Shown one piece after another: positions 50,300 through 58,558 of a stretch of DNA of 64,000 bases. Made by a program: the position numbers and the translations under genes. The notes beneath the pieces were generated by a model that was given only the letters and a program-made list of their open reading frames with translations, was not told the origin of the DNA and did not search any database. Origin of the DNA: a virus; IMG/VR virus record IMGVR_UViG_3300007276_000045, positions 8,735-72,734 of that record; one strand, given 5' to 3'. Within the stretch, counting starts at the first letter, position 1; each line of letters begins with the position of its first letter.

Positions 50300-51822
50300 C
50301 TTATATCTTCCTCTAATTCTTGGTTAACCGCGTCATGGACAGTGGACCTCATAGGTTCTGGAGGTCTACGTTCTTGTTCTTCTAGGCTATCTTTCATCTC
50401 TAAGGGACCACTCCCTGCTAATGTATGTAGTAAAAATATAGAAATTGAAAGGCTCATAATTAAATCATCATGCTTGCCTTCATCAGCAGTAATCTTTCCA
50501 TTATCGTCAACAATAAAAGTTAGAAGCTCCTCCACAGTTCTTTTAGAATTAATTTTAATAAAGTTGTTTCGAATGTATTCTTCCATCCTAGCTAGAAGTT
50601 CCTCACGGTTCCTCGTCGTGACCTGAATACCAAAATCGTTTTTATCATCAATCCATAGATTGTCATACTCCATAACATTGAACATCCAATCAATCAGGTT
50701 GTTGCCGATTGTGTTCCGCTCAATAATTACGGATGCATTATTATATAGATTAGCTTCGTTAGTTAAAATTTGAGCAAGTTCATTAATTGGGGTTTTATTG
50801 GAGTAAAATTCCGCAACTTGCTCACCTGTGTAGGCATTAAAAATATGAAAAGCGGAATTATCCCGTTCCCTACCTAAGCTCACATCTACCCCAATCACAT
50901 ATTCGTGCTCTGGGCTAGGGTCTTTCCAGACCCGCATCTTATTATTGTACTTAATCCAGTAGTCTTCGTTCTGCTCCTCTACCAACCTAGTGAGTAGGTA
51001 ACCCTCCAAATAGGTATCACCTGTACCGAGGAACTCACACTCATACTCTTGAAGCCACTGCTTTAGGGGCATGTTAGCTTTTGTAGTTTTTTCCCAATCA
51101 TCTACATGAAGATCTTTCTTTTCCATCTCATCGTAAAGAAAATCAAACCCCTCCATCCGTTTATACTCAGGGTGGGATTCCCAGTTAATGTCAATAGCGT
51201 TGAAGGAGTTCTCCTTTGCTAAGGCTTTGTGATACACATCATAATACCAATTGCCAATACCATTAACGGTAGAAAGGACAAAAGCCCTACCTCCTGTGGA
51301 GATAATTGGGTATACAGCAGCCCAAATAGTGTCAATGTTTTCAATGAAAGCAGCCTCGTCAATAATTAGAAGGGAGCCAGCTAGGGAGCGGCCTGATTGC
51401 TTGCCTGATGGGCGAGACTTGATTGAAGAGCCTGTGGCTAACTTCATGGTATGTTTGTTATCTTCAACTAACTTAGGTCTTAAGAACACGGGAAGTTCTT
51501 CGTACATAATTTTAATACGATCCAGAACCTCCGTTGACTCAGCATCACCTTTTGACAAAATAACTACTTGCTTGTGTTTCTGGAACACGATCATCCACAA
51601 GGCATACGCAGCCGAGATCGTAGTGCAACCAGCCTGTCGGAACTTTCTTAGAATATTAAACCGATGTTCTTGCAAACATTTTAAAATATCCGTTTGAAAA
51701 GGGTATAACTTAAAGGGGACAAGACCACGAACGGGGTGAGTGACCTTGATGTAGTTAGAAATAAAATAACTAGCATCAGCCCTACACTTCTTAAACTCTT
51801 CTACTAATTCTGCTTGTTCCAT
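50284..51822 (-). CDS. terL: Terminase large subunit (T4 gp17-like)
   Basis: F.LYPFQ, K.RQAG.TT (Walker A variant), LIIDEAAF (Walker B), LSTVNG, QEYECEF, IGVDVS.G...D.S, IERN and HDDL.MS motifs. Confidence 0.96.
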   Translation of the reverse strand: MEQAELVEEFKKCRADASYFISNYIKVTHPVRGLVPFKLYPFQTDILKCLQEHRFNILRKFRQAGCTTISAAYALWMIVFQKHKQVVILSKGDAESTEVLDRIKIMYEELPVFLRPKLVEDNKHTMKLATGSSIKSRPSGKQSGRSLAGSLLIIDEAAFIENIDTIWAAVYPIISTGGRAFVLSTVNGIGNWYYDVYHKALAKENSFNAIDINWESHPEYKRMEGFDFLYDEMEKKDLHVDDWEKTTKANMPLKQWLQEYECEFLGTGDTYLEGYLLTRLVEEQNEDYWIKYNNKMRVWKDPSPEHEYVIGVDVSLGRERDNSAFHIFNAYTGEQVAEFYSNKTPINELAQILTNEANLYNNASVIIERNTIGNNLIDWMFNVMEYDNLWIDDKNDFGIQVTTRNREELLARMEEYIRNNFIKINSKRTVEELLTFIVDDNGKITADEGKHDDLIMSLSISIFLLHTLAGSGPLEMKDSLEEQERRPPEPMRSTVHDAVNQELEEDIRWLMK

Positions 51823-51853
51823 GATTGTATGCTAACTTTTACTATTATAGTCC

Positions 51854-52534
51854 ATGAAGATCTTCGCAGTAATATGTACTAGAACTAATAATTTCAGCAA
51901 AGTTACACGGGACTTGTTAGATACACTATCTAGCTTTGGTGTGCAAGTTAAAGTGATGACAAACCAAACATCTATCTTTGAAGCCTACAAAAAAGGACTA
52001 GACAAGTGTGATGCAAGCAGTGAGGATATCGTGATATTCTGCCATGACGATATTGAGCTTTTGGATACTAAGGCCGACTTCATAGCTAAAATAGCTTCTT
52101 GCTTACGAGAGAATACAGGCATCGTAGGCCCAGCAGGAACCACACGGCTTGGCCCTGATGCCGTATGGTGGAATTACGACAACTGGAGGGCTGGTTTACA
52201 TAGCGGAGCAGTGTATCACCGAGGCGAGAAGGGTCAAATATACAACACTGAATACGGACCCTACAGAAGAGTGGTAGTTTTAGACGGTCTATTCCTAGCG
52301 GCTAGAAAATGTGTATGGGATACCGTAGGAATGGGCAAGCCAGACTACTTTAGAGGGGACTGGGACTTCTACGATCTCCATTATACCAGCAAAGCACACA
52401 ATTCAAAGCTAGAGAACCACACAATTCCCATAAAAATCATCCACCACTCCGCAGGGGATATCGTGGGCAGAGATTCTTGGCACAAAAACCGAGAAGCCTT
52501 CATAAATAACACTTCACTACCCTTGGTTTCCTAA
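51854..52534 (-). other. Placeholder note: no supported minus-strand feature here; see the plus-strand CDS at the same coordinates
   Basis: The plus-strand ORF explains this interval. Confidence 0.05.
51854..52534 (+). CDS. Glycosyltransferase family 2-like protein
   Basis: SIFEAY..G, IFCHDD (DxD-like), GIVGPAG, VVVLDGLFLA and DFYDL motifs. Confidence 0.8.
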   Translation: MKIFAVICTRTNNFSKVTRDLLDTLSSFGVQVKVMTNQTSIFEAYKKGLDKCDASSEDIVIFCHDDIELLDTKADFIAKIASCLRENTGIVGPAGTTRLGPDAVWWNYDNWRAGLHSGAVYHRGEKGQIYNTEYGPYRRVVVLDGLFLAARKCVWDTVGMGKPDYFRGDWDFYDLHYTSKAHNSKLENHTIPIKIIHHSAGDIVGRDSWHKNREAFINNTSLPLVS

Positions 52535-52818
52535 TGGAATTACTTATCTGGACACTCGTTAGTTTTGGAATCACTTTCTCAGTGACTCACGGCAAGATTT
52601 TTGCCAATATGCGTAAAAACGCAGCAGAGGAGAGCCAAAAGCTTGGAGAACTCCTCCACTGTCCCATGTGTTTGGGATTTTGGGTTGGAATGTTGCTTAG
52701 TGTAGCTTGGAAAAGTATCACTGGCAACTTTATCCTTGATGGGTTCCTCTCCCTATCAACGTGTTGGCTGCTTTTCACAGTCAGTTGGGCATTAGCCCTG
52801 CACGATGATAGGGTTTAG
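52534..52818 (+). CDS. Small membrane protein with CPxC.GFW motif (DUF1360-like)
   Basis: ELLHCPMCLGFW flanked by hydrophobic helices. Confidence 0.7.
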   Translation: MELLIWTLVSFGITFSVTHGKIFANMRKNAAEESQKLGELLHCPMCLGFWVGMLLSVAWKSITGNFILDGFLSLSTCWLLFTVSWALALHDDRV

Positions 52819-52875
52819 TCAGCACCCGTTACTACAGTGAGCTACCCTTGGTAGCATAAACCTTTTAGTTAGCAT
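52819..52875 (-). CDS. 18-aa micro-ORF MLTKRFMLPRVAHCSNGC
   Basis: GGAGG SD just upstream of the ATG; fills the gap between the PAP2 stop and the convergent DUF1360-like gene. Confidence 0.5.
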   Translation of the reverse strand: MLTKRFMLPRVAHCSNGC

Positions 52876-52887
52876 ATACCCTCCAGT

Positions 52888-53553
52888 TTATCGTTTTCTA
52901 GTGGTGAGATCAATCTTTTGATCATATTTTATAGCCTCTTTATTAGTTTTTAGGAGACTATAAAGTCTTTTAGCTAAGTAGACCCCAGCTTTGTGGTCAG
53001 AAGGATAGTGGAAACCCGCCATAATTCTCCCCTGCCCACATTCTTCCGCTGCCCTGAGAAGGTTCTTTCGATGCTCTGGGTATTTCGCAGCGTAGATCTC
53101 AGCAATCAGTCTTGATTGGGTCGTGTGTCCACTAGGGTAGGCAGGAGTTTTTGCCGTTCGGCTACCCAAAACGTCTAATTCTATATCGTAGTAGGGAGCA
53201 AGCTGAAAGGGTCGAGGTCTATTGAAGCTGTTTTTGATAGTTTTTACAATGTATGCACTTTCAGTCAAAATCTTATCAATAAACTGCTGGTCATACTCCA
53301 AACCGAAGATGTCCATATACCGTTTCACAGCAAAAGCTGGGTCAGTATCATGTTTCTTAATACTTTTTATGATACCATCTGCTCGTAAGTAGGTCGCACC
53401 CTGAACTGCTAGGAGATCCTTCCCTGTTGCCAGACTGGAGTTTTCGCTTGGTGGGGGAAGAGCAATGAATTCTGCTCCGTCCCGAAACAAGGTTATTTCT
53501 CCTTTTGGCTTTCTTAATTTTGTAGAGTAAACTAAATCGTCTACCGGGTCCAT
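52888..53553 (-). CDS. PAP2-superfamily acid phosphatase / haloperoxidase-like protein
   Basis: All three PAP2 motifs present: K..FNRPRP, PAYPSGH, R..AG.HYPSD. Confidence 0.88.
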   Translation of the reverse strand: MDPVDDLVYSTKLRKPKGEITLFRDGAEFIALPPPSENSSLATGKDLLAVQGATYLRADGIIKSIKKHDTDPAFAVKRYMDIFGLEYDQQFIDKILTESAYIVKTIKNSFNRPRPFQLAPYYDIELDVLGSRTAKTPAYPSGHTTQSRLIAEIYAAKYPEHRKNLLRAAEECGQGRIMAGFHYPSDHKAGVYLAKRLYSLLKTNKEAIKYDQKIDLTTRKR

Positions 53554-53577
53554 TTGTATACCTCAACTATTAACACG

Positions 53578-54474
53578 CTAACAGTTCCATTTACGAAGAG
53601 CCTTGTTGATACGAGAGTTCGGATCACTGGCAGTCTTCTTGGAGGTTAGGCGTTTCTTCATACCACCCATTCTAGAGCAGAAAGACTTACGGCGACCAGC
53701 AGCCTTACTACCTTTCTTAAGCTTAGATGGCTTCGTGGTTACAGCAGTCTTTAATTTAGAACCGGGGTTCTTTCTACGGTAGGCAGCAACGCCCTTGGCC
53801 GTCAGACCACCAGCACGGGACTTGTGAACACCCATCTTCATCTTTGGCATCGTGCCCTTCTTCTCGTCCATGTCTTCGGTCTTGCTCTTACCATAGTTTG
53901 CAGCACCTTTCTTACGGCACTGAACGAGTCGGCCAGAAGCATACGCAGAAGGCCATACCTTAGCAGTTGCTTTTACCTTACTGTAACAAGCATCCTTTTT
54001 TTCAAGGAGTTGTTCTGCCAATTTGACGTATACGGTTTCTTTTTGTTCCTTTCTCATTTTAAGTCCTTTTTTAGTAGAAGGAGTATTAATAGGTTTGCCT
54101 GATCTTTCTGGATTTGGATCATCCCTGCGCTTTTTACGAACCGCAGCACTACGACCCTTTTTACCAAGTGCAGCAGCCTTCTCTTTAGAGAAGCATTTGG
54201 GTTTCGCTTCTCCCTCCTTACGACCGCCACACTTACCTAGCTTCTTTCCCTTGGAATCATAGCGATCCCAACCACCACCTTTGAACCAGCCTCGTAAGCC
54301 ACCCTTATCGGAGCCTTCTCCTAAGCCAGCGTCTTCAGCATCCATCTCAGCCTCTTCTTCGTCATCATATTCGGTAACCTTTTTACAAGATCCCTTCTGA
54401 CCTGATACCTTACCGGGCACCCTACGATACCCCGACCAACACTTCTTTTCTTTGATTATTTTTGAGATGGACAT
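53578..54474 (-). CDS. Highly basic mosaic protein of short Cys-containing modules (possible internal head protein)
   Basis: Modules CWSGYRRV, GLRGWF..GW...G..CG, DACY.KVK...VWPSAYASG.LVQCRK and GGL..KG..AYRR.NPGSKLK...RRKSFC.RM...ALRKWNC. Confidence 0.6.
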   Translation of the reverse strand: MSISKIIKEKKCWSGYRRVPGKVSGQKGSCKKVTEYDDEEEAEMDAEDAGLGEGSDKGGLRGWFKGGGWDRYDSKGKKLGKCGGRKEGEAKPKCFSKEKAAALGKKGRSAAVRKKRRDDPNPERSGKPINTPSTKKGLKMRKEQKETVYVKLAEQLLEKKDACYSKVKATAKVWPSAYASGRLVQCRKKGAANYGKSKTEDMDEKKGTMPKMKMGVHKSRAGGLTAKGVAAYRRKNPGSKLKTAVTTKPSKLKKGSKAAGRRKSFCSRMGGMKKRLTSKKTASDPNSRINKALRKWNC

Positions 54475-54590
54475 GTATTACCTCTTGCATTATTATATAG
54501 CAGTCATTGGCCCGAAGGGCCGCGAAATTTTAAAGCCCGCTCTAAGTACTTAGCCCTATATATTATAGTTCCCGCTTTTAGGAGGCCCAT

Positions 54591-55028
54591 ATGACGAAAA
54601 AACGACCCGTGTTTGAAGATGATGATTATACAGAGCCACGCACTCAGTTTGTGGTAAAAGATACTACCTCTGCCTTAAAGATTAAGCGCGAAGAGCGCAA
54701 AGAAGCCGAGAAGAGATTCAAAGCTGTTATTGAAAAATCTAGAATGGAGCAGAAGCTAGAGCTTCAAAAAATGAAGCTTCAAATGACCGCTCGCGAATCA
54801 GCATCTAAGCATATCGCAGTGTTCGGTCCCCTGTACCTACTAGTTCTTGTTGGAGCATTCTTGTACGCAGTACAATATATTCCCAGCAGCGAGATCTCAG
54901 TTGTGTCCTCAATTTTAACCTTGCTCATAACAATGTTCGGAGCCAACCTCAGATCTATTGTGGCTGGTGAGACAGATACTGGGAAGATCAAGGATGAACC
55001 GCCCAAAAAAGTAGAAGATAGTAAGTAA
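54591..55028 (+). CDS. Two-TM membrane protein with coiled-coil N-terminus (holin-like candidate)
   Basis: AGGAGG SD; two hydrophobic helices; charged C-terminus. Confidence 0.55.
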   Translation: MTKKRPVFEDDDYTEPRTQFVVKDTTSALKIKREERKEAEKRFKAVIEKSRMEQKLELQKMKLQMTARESASKHIAVFGPLYLLVLVGAFLYAVQYIPSSEISVVSSILTLLITMFGANLRSIVAGETDTGKIKDEPPKKVEDSK

Positions 55029-55101
55029 TTCGTTCTTACCCGTTTGAAGTTTAGCTATATAAATTAGAGAAGAGAAACACAACTCATCCTAGGAGATAAT
55101 T

Positions 55102-55956
55102 ATGACAGACAGTGACAGCAGAACACCCTTACCACCAGCAGACTTCAGCCCTGCTCTCCCAGACTACAATAGCTCAGGTACCGCAAGCGTAAGCGGTACT
55201 GGTTTTTCCGCGTCGAATGCCTTTGGAGGACCATGGTATATTGAGACCCAATCTCTTAATATCGAATACACCAGAGTCCCTACGGTTAGTTTAAATACGA
55301 TGGATGTTAACCTTAGTAGCACCTCGTCAACTTATAGCCATTACGGCTCTAAGATCATCGCCAATGTACATGCACAGGTTATTACAAAGATGGACTTTGG
55401 AACGTATCAAACAAGCTCTTGGGAACAACCACAAAAGTTTGAAATACTTGCTGTAAGCTCTGATGTCTATGGGAATAGTTATGGAGATCTCACTGCGTCT
55501 ACCTTGGGTCCGAGAGGTTCTATTGTTACGACTCAGGAGTACTACCGCCGTATACCTTGGATCGGTTCAGCTTCGGGACAGACAGAAATGACTAAGGTTA
55601 TTAATGCACCCACCTACTACGCGGTTCAAAACTGGACTAACAACTTCTCATCAACGATTGACCCAACGCCTTACCAGTTTGACCTGAAGGCTTGGGCCAT
55701 TGATCCAAAGTGGGATGGAGCACAGTCAATCTACGATCCAGCCCTGTACGCTGGCGGCACCTACCTCTATGGGTTAGGAGGAGAGTATGGAACTGCTTTA
55801 GAATCATTATGGAAGATCACAAATATGATTTCGACCATTGGAACCAGCGTTAGAGATGAAATATTGTATAGCAATCCTGCGACAACGCTTGGTTCGGTGG
55901 TCGTGGCAGATGTTGGAATTCCTGAATACGATCCAACCCGTCACGATTACAGCTAA
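55102..55956 (+). CDS. Hypothetical Ser/Thr-rich protein (possibly virion)
   Basis: AGGAG SD; 284 aa ORF followed by a terminator. Confidence 0.6.
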   Translation: MTDSDSRTPLPPADFSPALPDYNSSGTASVSGTGFSASNAFGGPWYIETQSLNIEYTRVPTVSLNTMDVNLSSTSSTYSHYGSKIIANVHAQVITKMDFGTYQTSSWEQPQKFEILAVSSDVYGNSYGDLTASTLGPRGSIVTTQEYYRRIPWIGSASGQTEMTKVINAPTYYAVQNWTNNFSSTIDPTPYQFDLKAWAIDPKWDGAQSIYDPALYAGGTYLYGLGGEYGTALESLWKITNMISTIGTSVRDEILYSNPATTLGSVVVADVGIPEYDPTRHDYS

Positions 55957-55977
55957 GAAAGTATAGCCCCCGTCATT

Positions 55978-56015
55978 AGAGGCTCCTAGTTAATTCTAGG
56001 GGCCTCTTTTTTTTT
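55978..56015 (+). terminator. Intrinsic terminator
   Basis: AGAGGCTCCTAG-TTAATT-CTAGGGGCCTCT hairpin followed by a run of T. Confidence 0.85.
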
Positions 56016-56017
56016 GA

Positions 56018-56137
56018 TAGGAGTCCCTAGTTTTTTTAGGAGTCCCTAGACCATATTCTGAATTAAATTTGGAGTCCCGGATATACTTCTTAGGTACTGT
56101 GTATATGGAGCAGGGGGGAGAGGAACGGAGTCCCTAG
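56018..56137. repeat. Four direct repeats of GGAGTCCC(TAG)
   Basis: TAGGAGTCCCTAG at 56018 and 56037, GGAGTCCCGG at 56071, GGAGTCCCTAG at 56127. Confidence 0.8.
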
Positions 56138-56164
56138 GGCGCGAAATCCTCCGGCGCGAGAGTG

Positions 56165-56189
56165 TAACTCCTTTGTTGACAAGCACTTA
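56165..56189 (+). repeat. 25-bp 9-7-9 palindromic site, copy 1
   Basis: TAACTCCTT-TGTTGAC-AAGCACTTA. Confidence 0.85.
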
Positions 56190-56260
56190 CATCAATGAAA
56201 TAAATAAAAAAACATAGGCACCACGCTTGACATTGGCTGAAATTGTGGTATAATGGTAGC

Positions 56261-56344
56261 ACAAGAGTAATAAGCAACTACCAACAAAACGAAGTTTTGT
56301 TCTCGGACAGGAAAACGGAAGCGTTGCTTATTACTGTTGTTCTA
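56261..56344 (+). ncRNA. Candidate structured small RNA from the first early promoter
   Basis: No ATG after the promoter; perfect 13-bp stem AGTAATAAGCAAC/GTTGCTTATTACT enclosing hairpin AACAAAAC-GAA-GTTTTGTT and a GGA-rich strand. Confidence 0.6.
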
Positions 56345-56379
56345 TTGACATTCACAGAAACACTTGGTATAATATACGC

Positions 56380-56508
56380 ATGAAGACACTAATCCTCCTC
56401 GCTCTCGCTGTCACCTTCAACGATTTCATCGGCTCTCTCATCGCCCTCATCGGCTCTCTGATGGTCAGAATCGGTCACAGCATCACCCTCATTCCTGAAC
56501 TTTTTTAG
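56380..56508 (+). CDS. Leaderless hydrophobic micro-protein (42 aa)
   Basis: MKTLILLALAVTFNDFIGSLIALIGSLMVRIGHSITLIPELF*; ATG 6 nt after TATAAT. Confidence 0.65.
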   Translation: MKTLILLALAVTFNDFIGSLIALIGSLMVRIGHSITLIPELF

Positions 56509-56553
56509 GGACTAGGGCTTGACATTCACCCAAACACCTGTTATAATACACCC

Positions 56554-56673
56554 ATGAAATACATCGTGATTCGTTACCACTCCTCCCCTGTCTCCTTCTC
56601 CAGTCTGCAAGACGCAGAGGACTTCGCCCAAGGTTGTGGCGATTTCCAAGATCTTCTGACAAAGAAGGCTTGA
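56554..56673 (+). CDS. Leaderless micro-protein (39 aa)
   Basis: MKYIVIRYHSSPVSFSSLQDAEDFAQGCGDFQDLLTKKA*; stop TGA lies inside the next TTGACA. Confidence 0.65.
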   Translation: MKYIVIRYHSSPVSFSSLQDAEDFAQGCGDFQDLLTKKA

Positions 56674-56817
56674 CATTCTCACAAACACTTGGTATAATAC
56701 ACCCATGCATTACTAAAGGGCTGTCCTACCCAAGCCACCACTTGGAAGTCCCACTGGACCCGAAAAAAACTCCCCTTACCCCTTGACATTCACCCAAACA
56801 CTTGGTATAATATACAC

Positions 56818-57024
56818 ATGAAAGAAAAAATGACATTTGAAGAATTCACCACTCAACTCGGTTACGCCGATTGGTTCTACATGATGAGTGATGACAGTCG
56901 CTCCTACAATGCTGGTCGTGACCAGATCCAAACCCTTAAGAACTTCGCTATCTCTATGGGTGGAGAATGGCAAGAGGCTTTCGAAGCCAAGTCTAAGGAA
57001 ATGATGTCCCGTCTCCACGGATAA
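56818..57024 (+). CDS. Leaderless hypothetical early protein (68 aa)
   Basis: ATG 6 nt after TATAAT; DW.Y..SDD...Y..G motif. Confidence 0.8.
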   Translation: MKEKMTFEEFTTQLGYADWFYMMSDDSRSYNAGRDQIQTLKNFAISMGGEWQEAFEAKSKEMMSRLHG

Positions 57025-57028
57025 TAAT

Positions 57029-57331
57029 ATGAATTCTCTCCATCTTCATCTCGTCAAAGACGATACGATCATGTCCCATAAGACTGGGGCACTCTGCGGA
57101 ATAGATTACGATGATATCGTGGACGTTCTAGGTGAACCCAACGTCTTCGATGATTTCGGCAAGGTCCGATGGTCTTGGGGCTTTCGTATGATGCCTGATA
57201 ATAAGCCCATGTCTATATGGGACTGGAAAGGGTCAGCGGATTATAACCAGTGGAGCATCTACGGTGCTACTGAGGACTGGGCCAAACTGTTTCCCAATGC
57301 CTTTACCTATCTCAGAGATTTATCAAAATAG
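57029..57331 (+). CDS. Hypothetical early protein (100 aa)
   Basis: Coupled to the previous ORF; Y..IV..LGEP...D..KV...W and IWDWK motifs. Confidence 0.75.
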   Translation: MNSLHLHLVKDDTIMSHKTGALCGIDYDDIVDVLGEPNVFDDFGKVRWSWGFRMMPDNKPMSIWDWKGSADYNQWSIYGATEDWAKLFPNAFTYLRDLSK

Positions 57332-57368
57332 CTCTTGATTTTTTAAAAAAGGGCCGGGTGAAAGCCCC

Positions 57369-57393
57369 TAAGTCCATTGTTGACAAGGGGTTA
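57369..57393 (+). repeat. 25-bp palindromic site, copy 2 (variant)
   Basis: TAAGTCCAT-TGTTGAC-AAGGGGTTA, preceded by TTTTTTAAAAAAGGGCCGGG. Confidence 0.8.
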
Positions 57394-57455
57394 GGACAGA
57401 AAGTTTTTTAGGACAGGGGGTTGACATTTGCCCAAACACCTGTTATAATACACAC

Positions 57456-57683
57456 ATGAAAAATAACACTACTACCTATCAAGTTCAATCAGTTCACAAT
57501 CACGTTCTCTCTACTCGTCCTCTTCGGACTGGAAAAATGGTCTACTTCACAGGGACCAAAGAAGAGTGCGAAGGTTGGAGGACTAACCCTCTCTTCGCTG
57601 ATCAAGTCCGAAAGGCTTTTGAAGGCACTACCTACAAGTCTCGCTCGACTGCGATCCGAGAAGTTTCTCTAGAAACTGCTTGA
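57456..57683 (+). CDS. Leaderless hypothetical protein (75 aa), paralogue of 63095-63295
   Basis: QVQSVH..VLS..PL.TGK.VYFTGT.EEC shared with the later ORF. Confidence 0.8.
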   Translation: MKNNTTTYQVQSVHNHVLSTRPLRTGKMVYFTGTKEECEGWRTNPLFADQVRKAFEGTTYKSRSTAIREVSLETA

Positions 57684-57714
57684 CATTCACTACCTCACTT
57701 GGTATAATACACAC

Positions 57715-57924
57715 ATGAAAAATCCCATTGATTACTTCGACCTTGCCTGTGACCTTGACCGCTGCTTCCCGTGGCACATTAAAGGCGTGCTGATGGCCGT
57801 CTCTACCCATACCAACGTCGAAGGCTACGATGTCTGCCCTCAGCGTATAGCTCTGGACTACCTCAAGGTGTTCTATGCTGATGAGCTTGCTGATGCAGAA
57901 ATGAAAGAAAACGCTCAAGGTTAG
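57715..57924 (+). CDS. Leaderless hypothetical protein (69 aa)
   Basis: ATG 6 nt after TATAAT. Confidence 0.75.
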   Translation: MKNPIDYFDLACDLDRCFPWHIKGVLMAVSTHTNVEGYDVCPQRIALDYLKVFYADELADAEMKENAQG

Positions 57925-57960
57925 TTGACATTTGGTCGATAATATAGTATAATGAAAGAC

Positions 57961-58446
57961 ATGAAAGAAACACTGAAGATCCTCCTCTCCTCGCTCTTGG
58001 GCTATGCTCTCTGGCTTGCTCTCGCCTTCTACGCTCTTAGTGGCGCAGTTAGTGCCCAAACGCACTACGAGCACATCGTAGCTAAGGATGGACTCACTAA
58101 GGCTACGGAATACGTTAATGCAATCCGTGACAACATTCGCCCTGAGCTACACTCTAAGCTAGCTCCCTATGTCTCAGCTATTCGCTACGCTGAGAATGGT
58201 GGCAAGGGTCGTGAATATGGGATTCTCCACCCACGGGTAAAGCCTACTTATCGCTCTCAAGCTGGTTGGTGTGCTGCTACTGTCCAGAAGAACTATGACC
58301 GATGGGTCAAGGCTGGCTCTAAAGGTGAGTTCGTGGTATTCCTCGGAAAGCGTTACTGTCCCGTAGGTGCAGACAATGACCCTAACGGTCTAAACAAGCA
58401 CTGGATTAAAAATGTGAGGAGGCTATATGCGAAACACTCCCGATGA
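57961..58446 (+). CDS. Membrane-anchored/exported lysozyme-fold (glucosaminidase-like) protein
   Basis: N-terminal hydrophobic helix; AIRYAENG (candidate catalytic Glu); RYCPVGADNDPNGLNKHWIKNV C-terminal motif. Start moved to the leaderless ATG at 57961. Confidence 0.6.
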   Translation: MKETLKILLSSLLGYALWLALAFYALSGAVSAQTHYEHIVAKDGLTKATEYVNAIRDNIRPELHSKLAPYVSAIRYAENGGKGREYGILHPRVKPTYRSQAGWCAATVQKNYDRWVKAGSKGEFVVFLGKRYCPVGADNDPNGLNKHWIKNVRRLYAKHSR

Positions 58447-58537
58447 TGGTCTAAATTTCTTTCGTGGCGTTCTATCCGTCACCGCGATCTATTTCCTCTG
58501 TCTTTGGATTGTCTGCATTTTTATGTTGATTTTTTAA
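58427..58537 (+). CDS. Single-TM micro-protein (36 aa)
   Basis: GAGGAGG SD then MRNTPDDGLNFFRGVLSVTAIYFLCLWIVCIFMLIF*. Confidence 0.6.
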   Translation: MRNTPDDGLNFFRGVLSVTAIYFLCLWIVCIFMLIF

Positions 58538-58558
58538 AAAAGGGCCGGGGCGCAGCCC

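Noticed and set aside
50284-51822. Inactive terminase because Walker A reads RQAGCTT; possible intein or intron
   Set aside because: An upstream Lys (RKFRQ) and all other ATPase and nuclease motifs are intact, and the length is normal, so no insertion or inactivation is supported.
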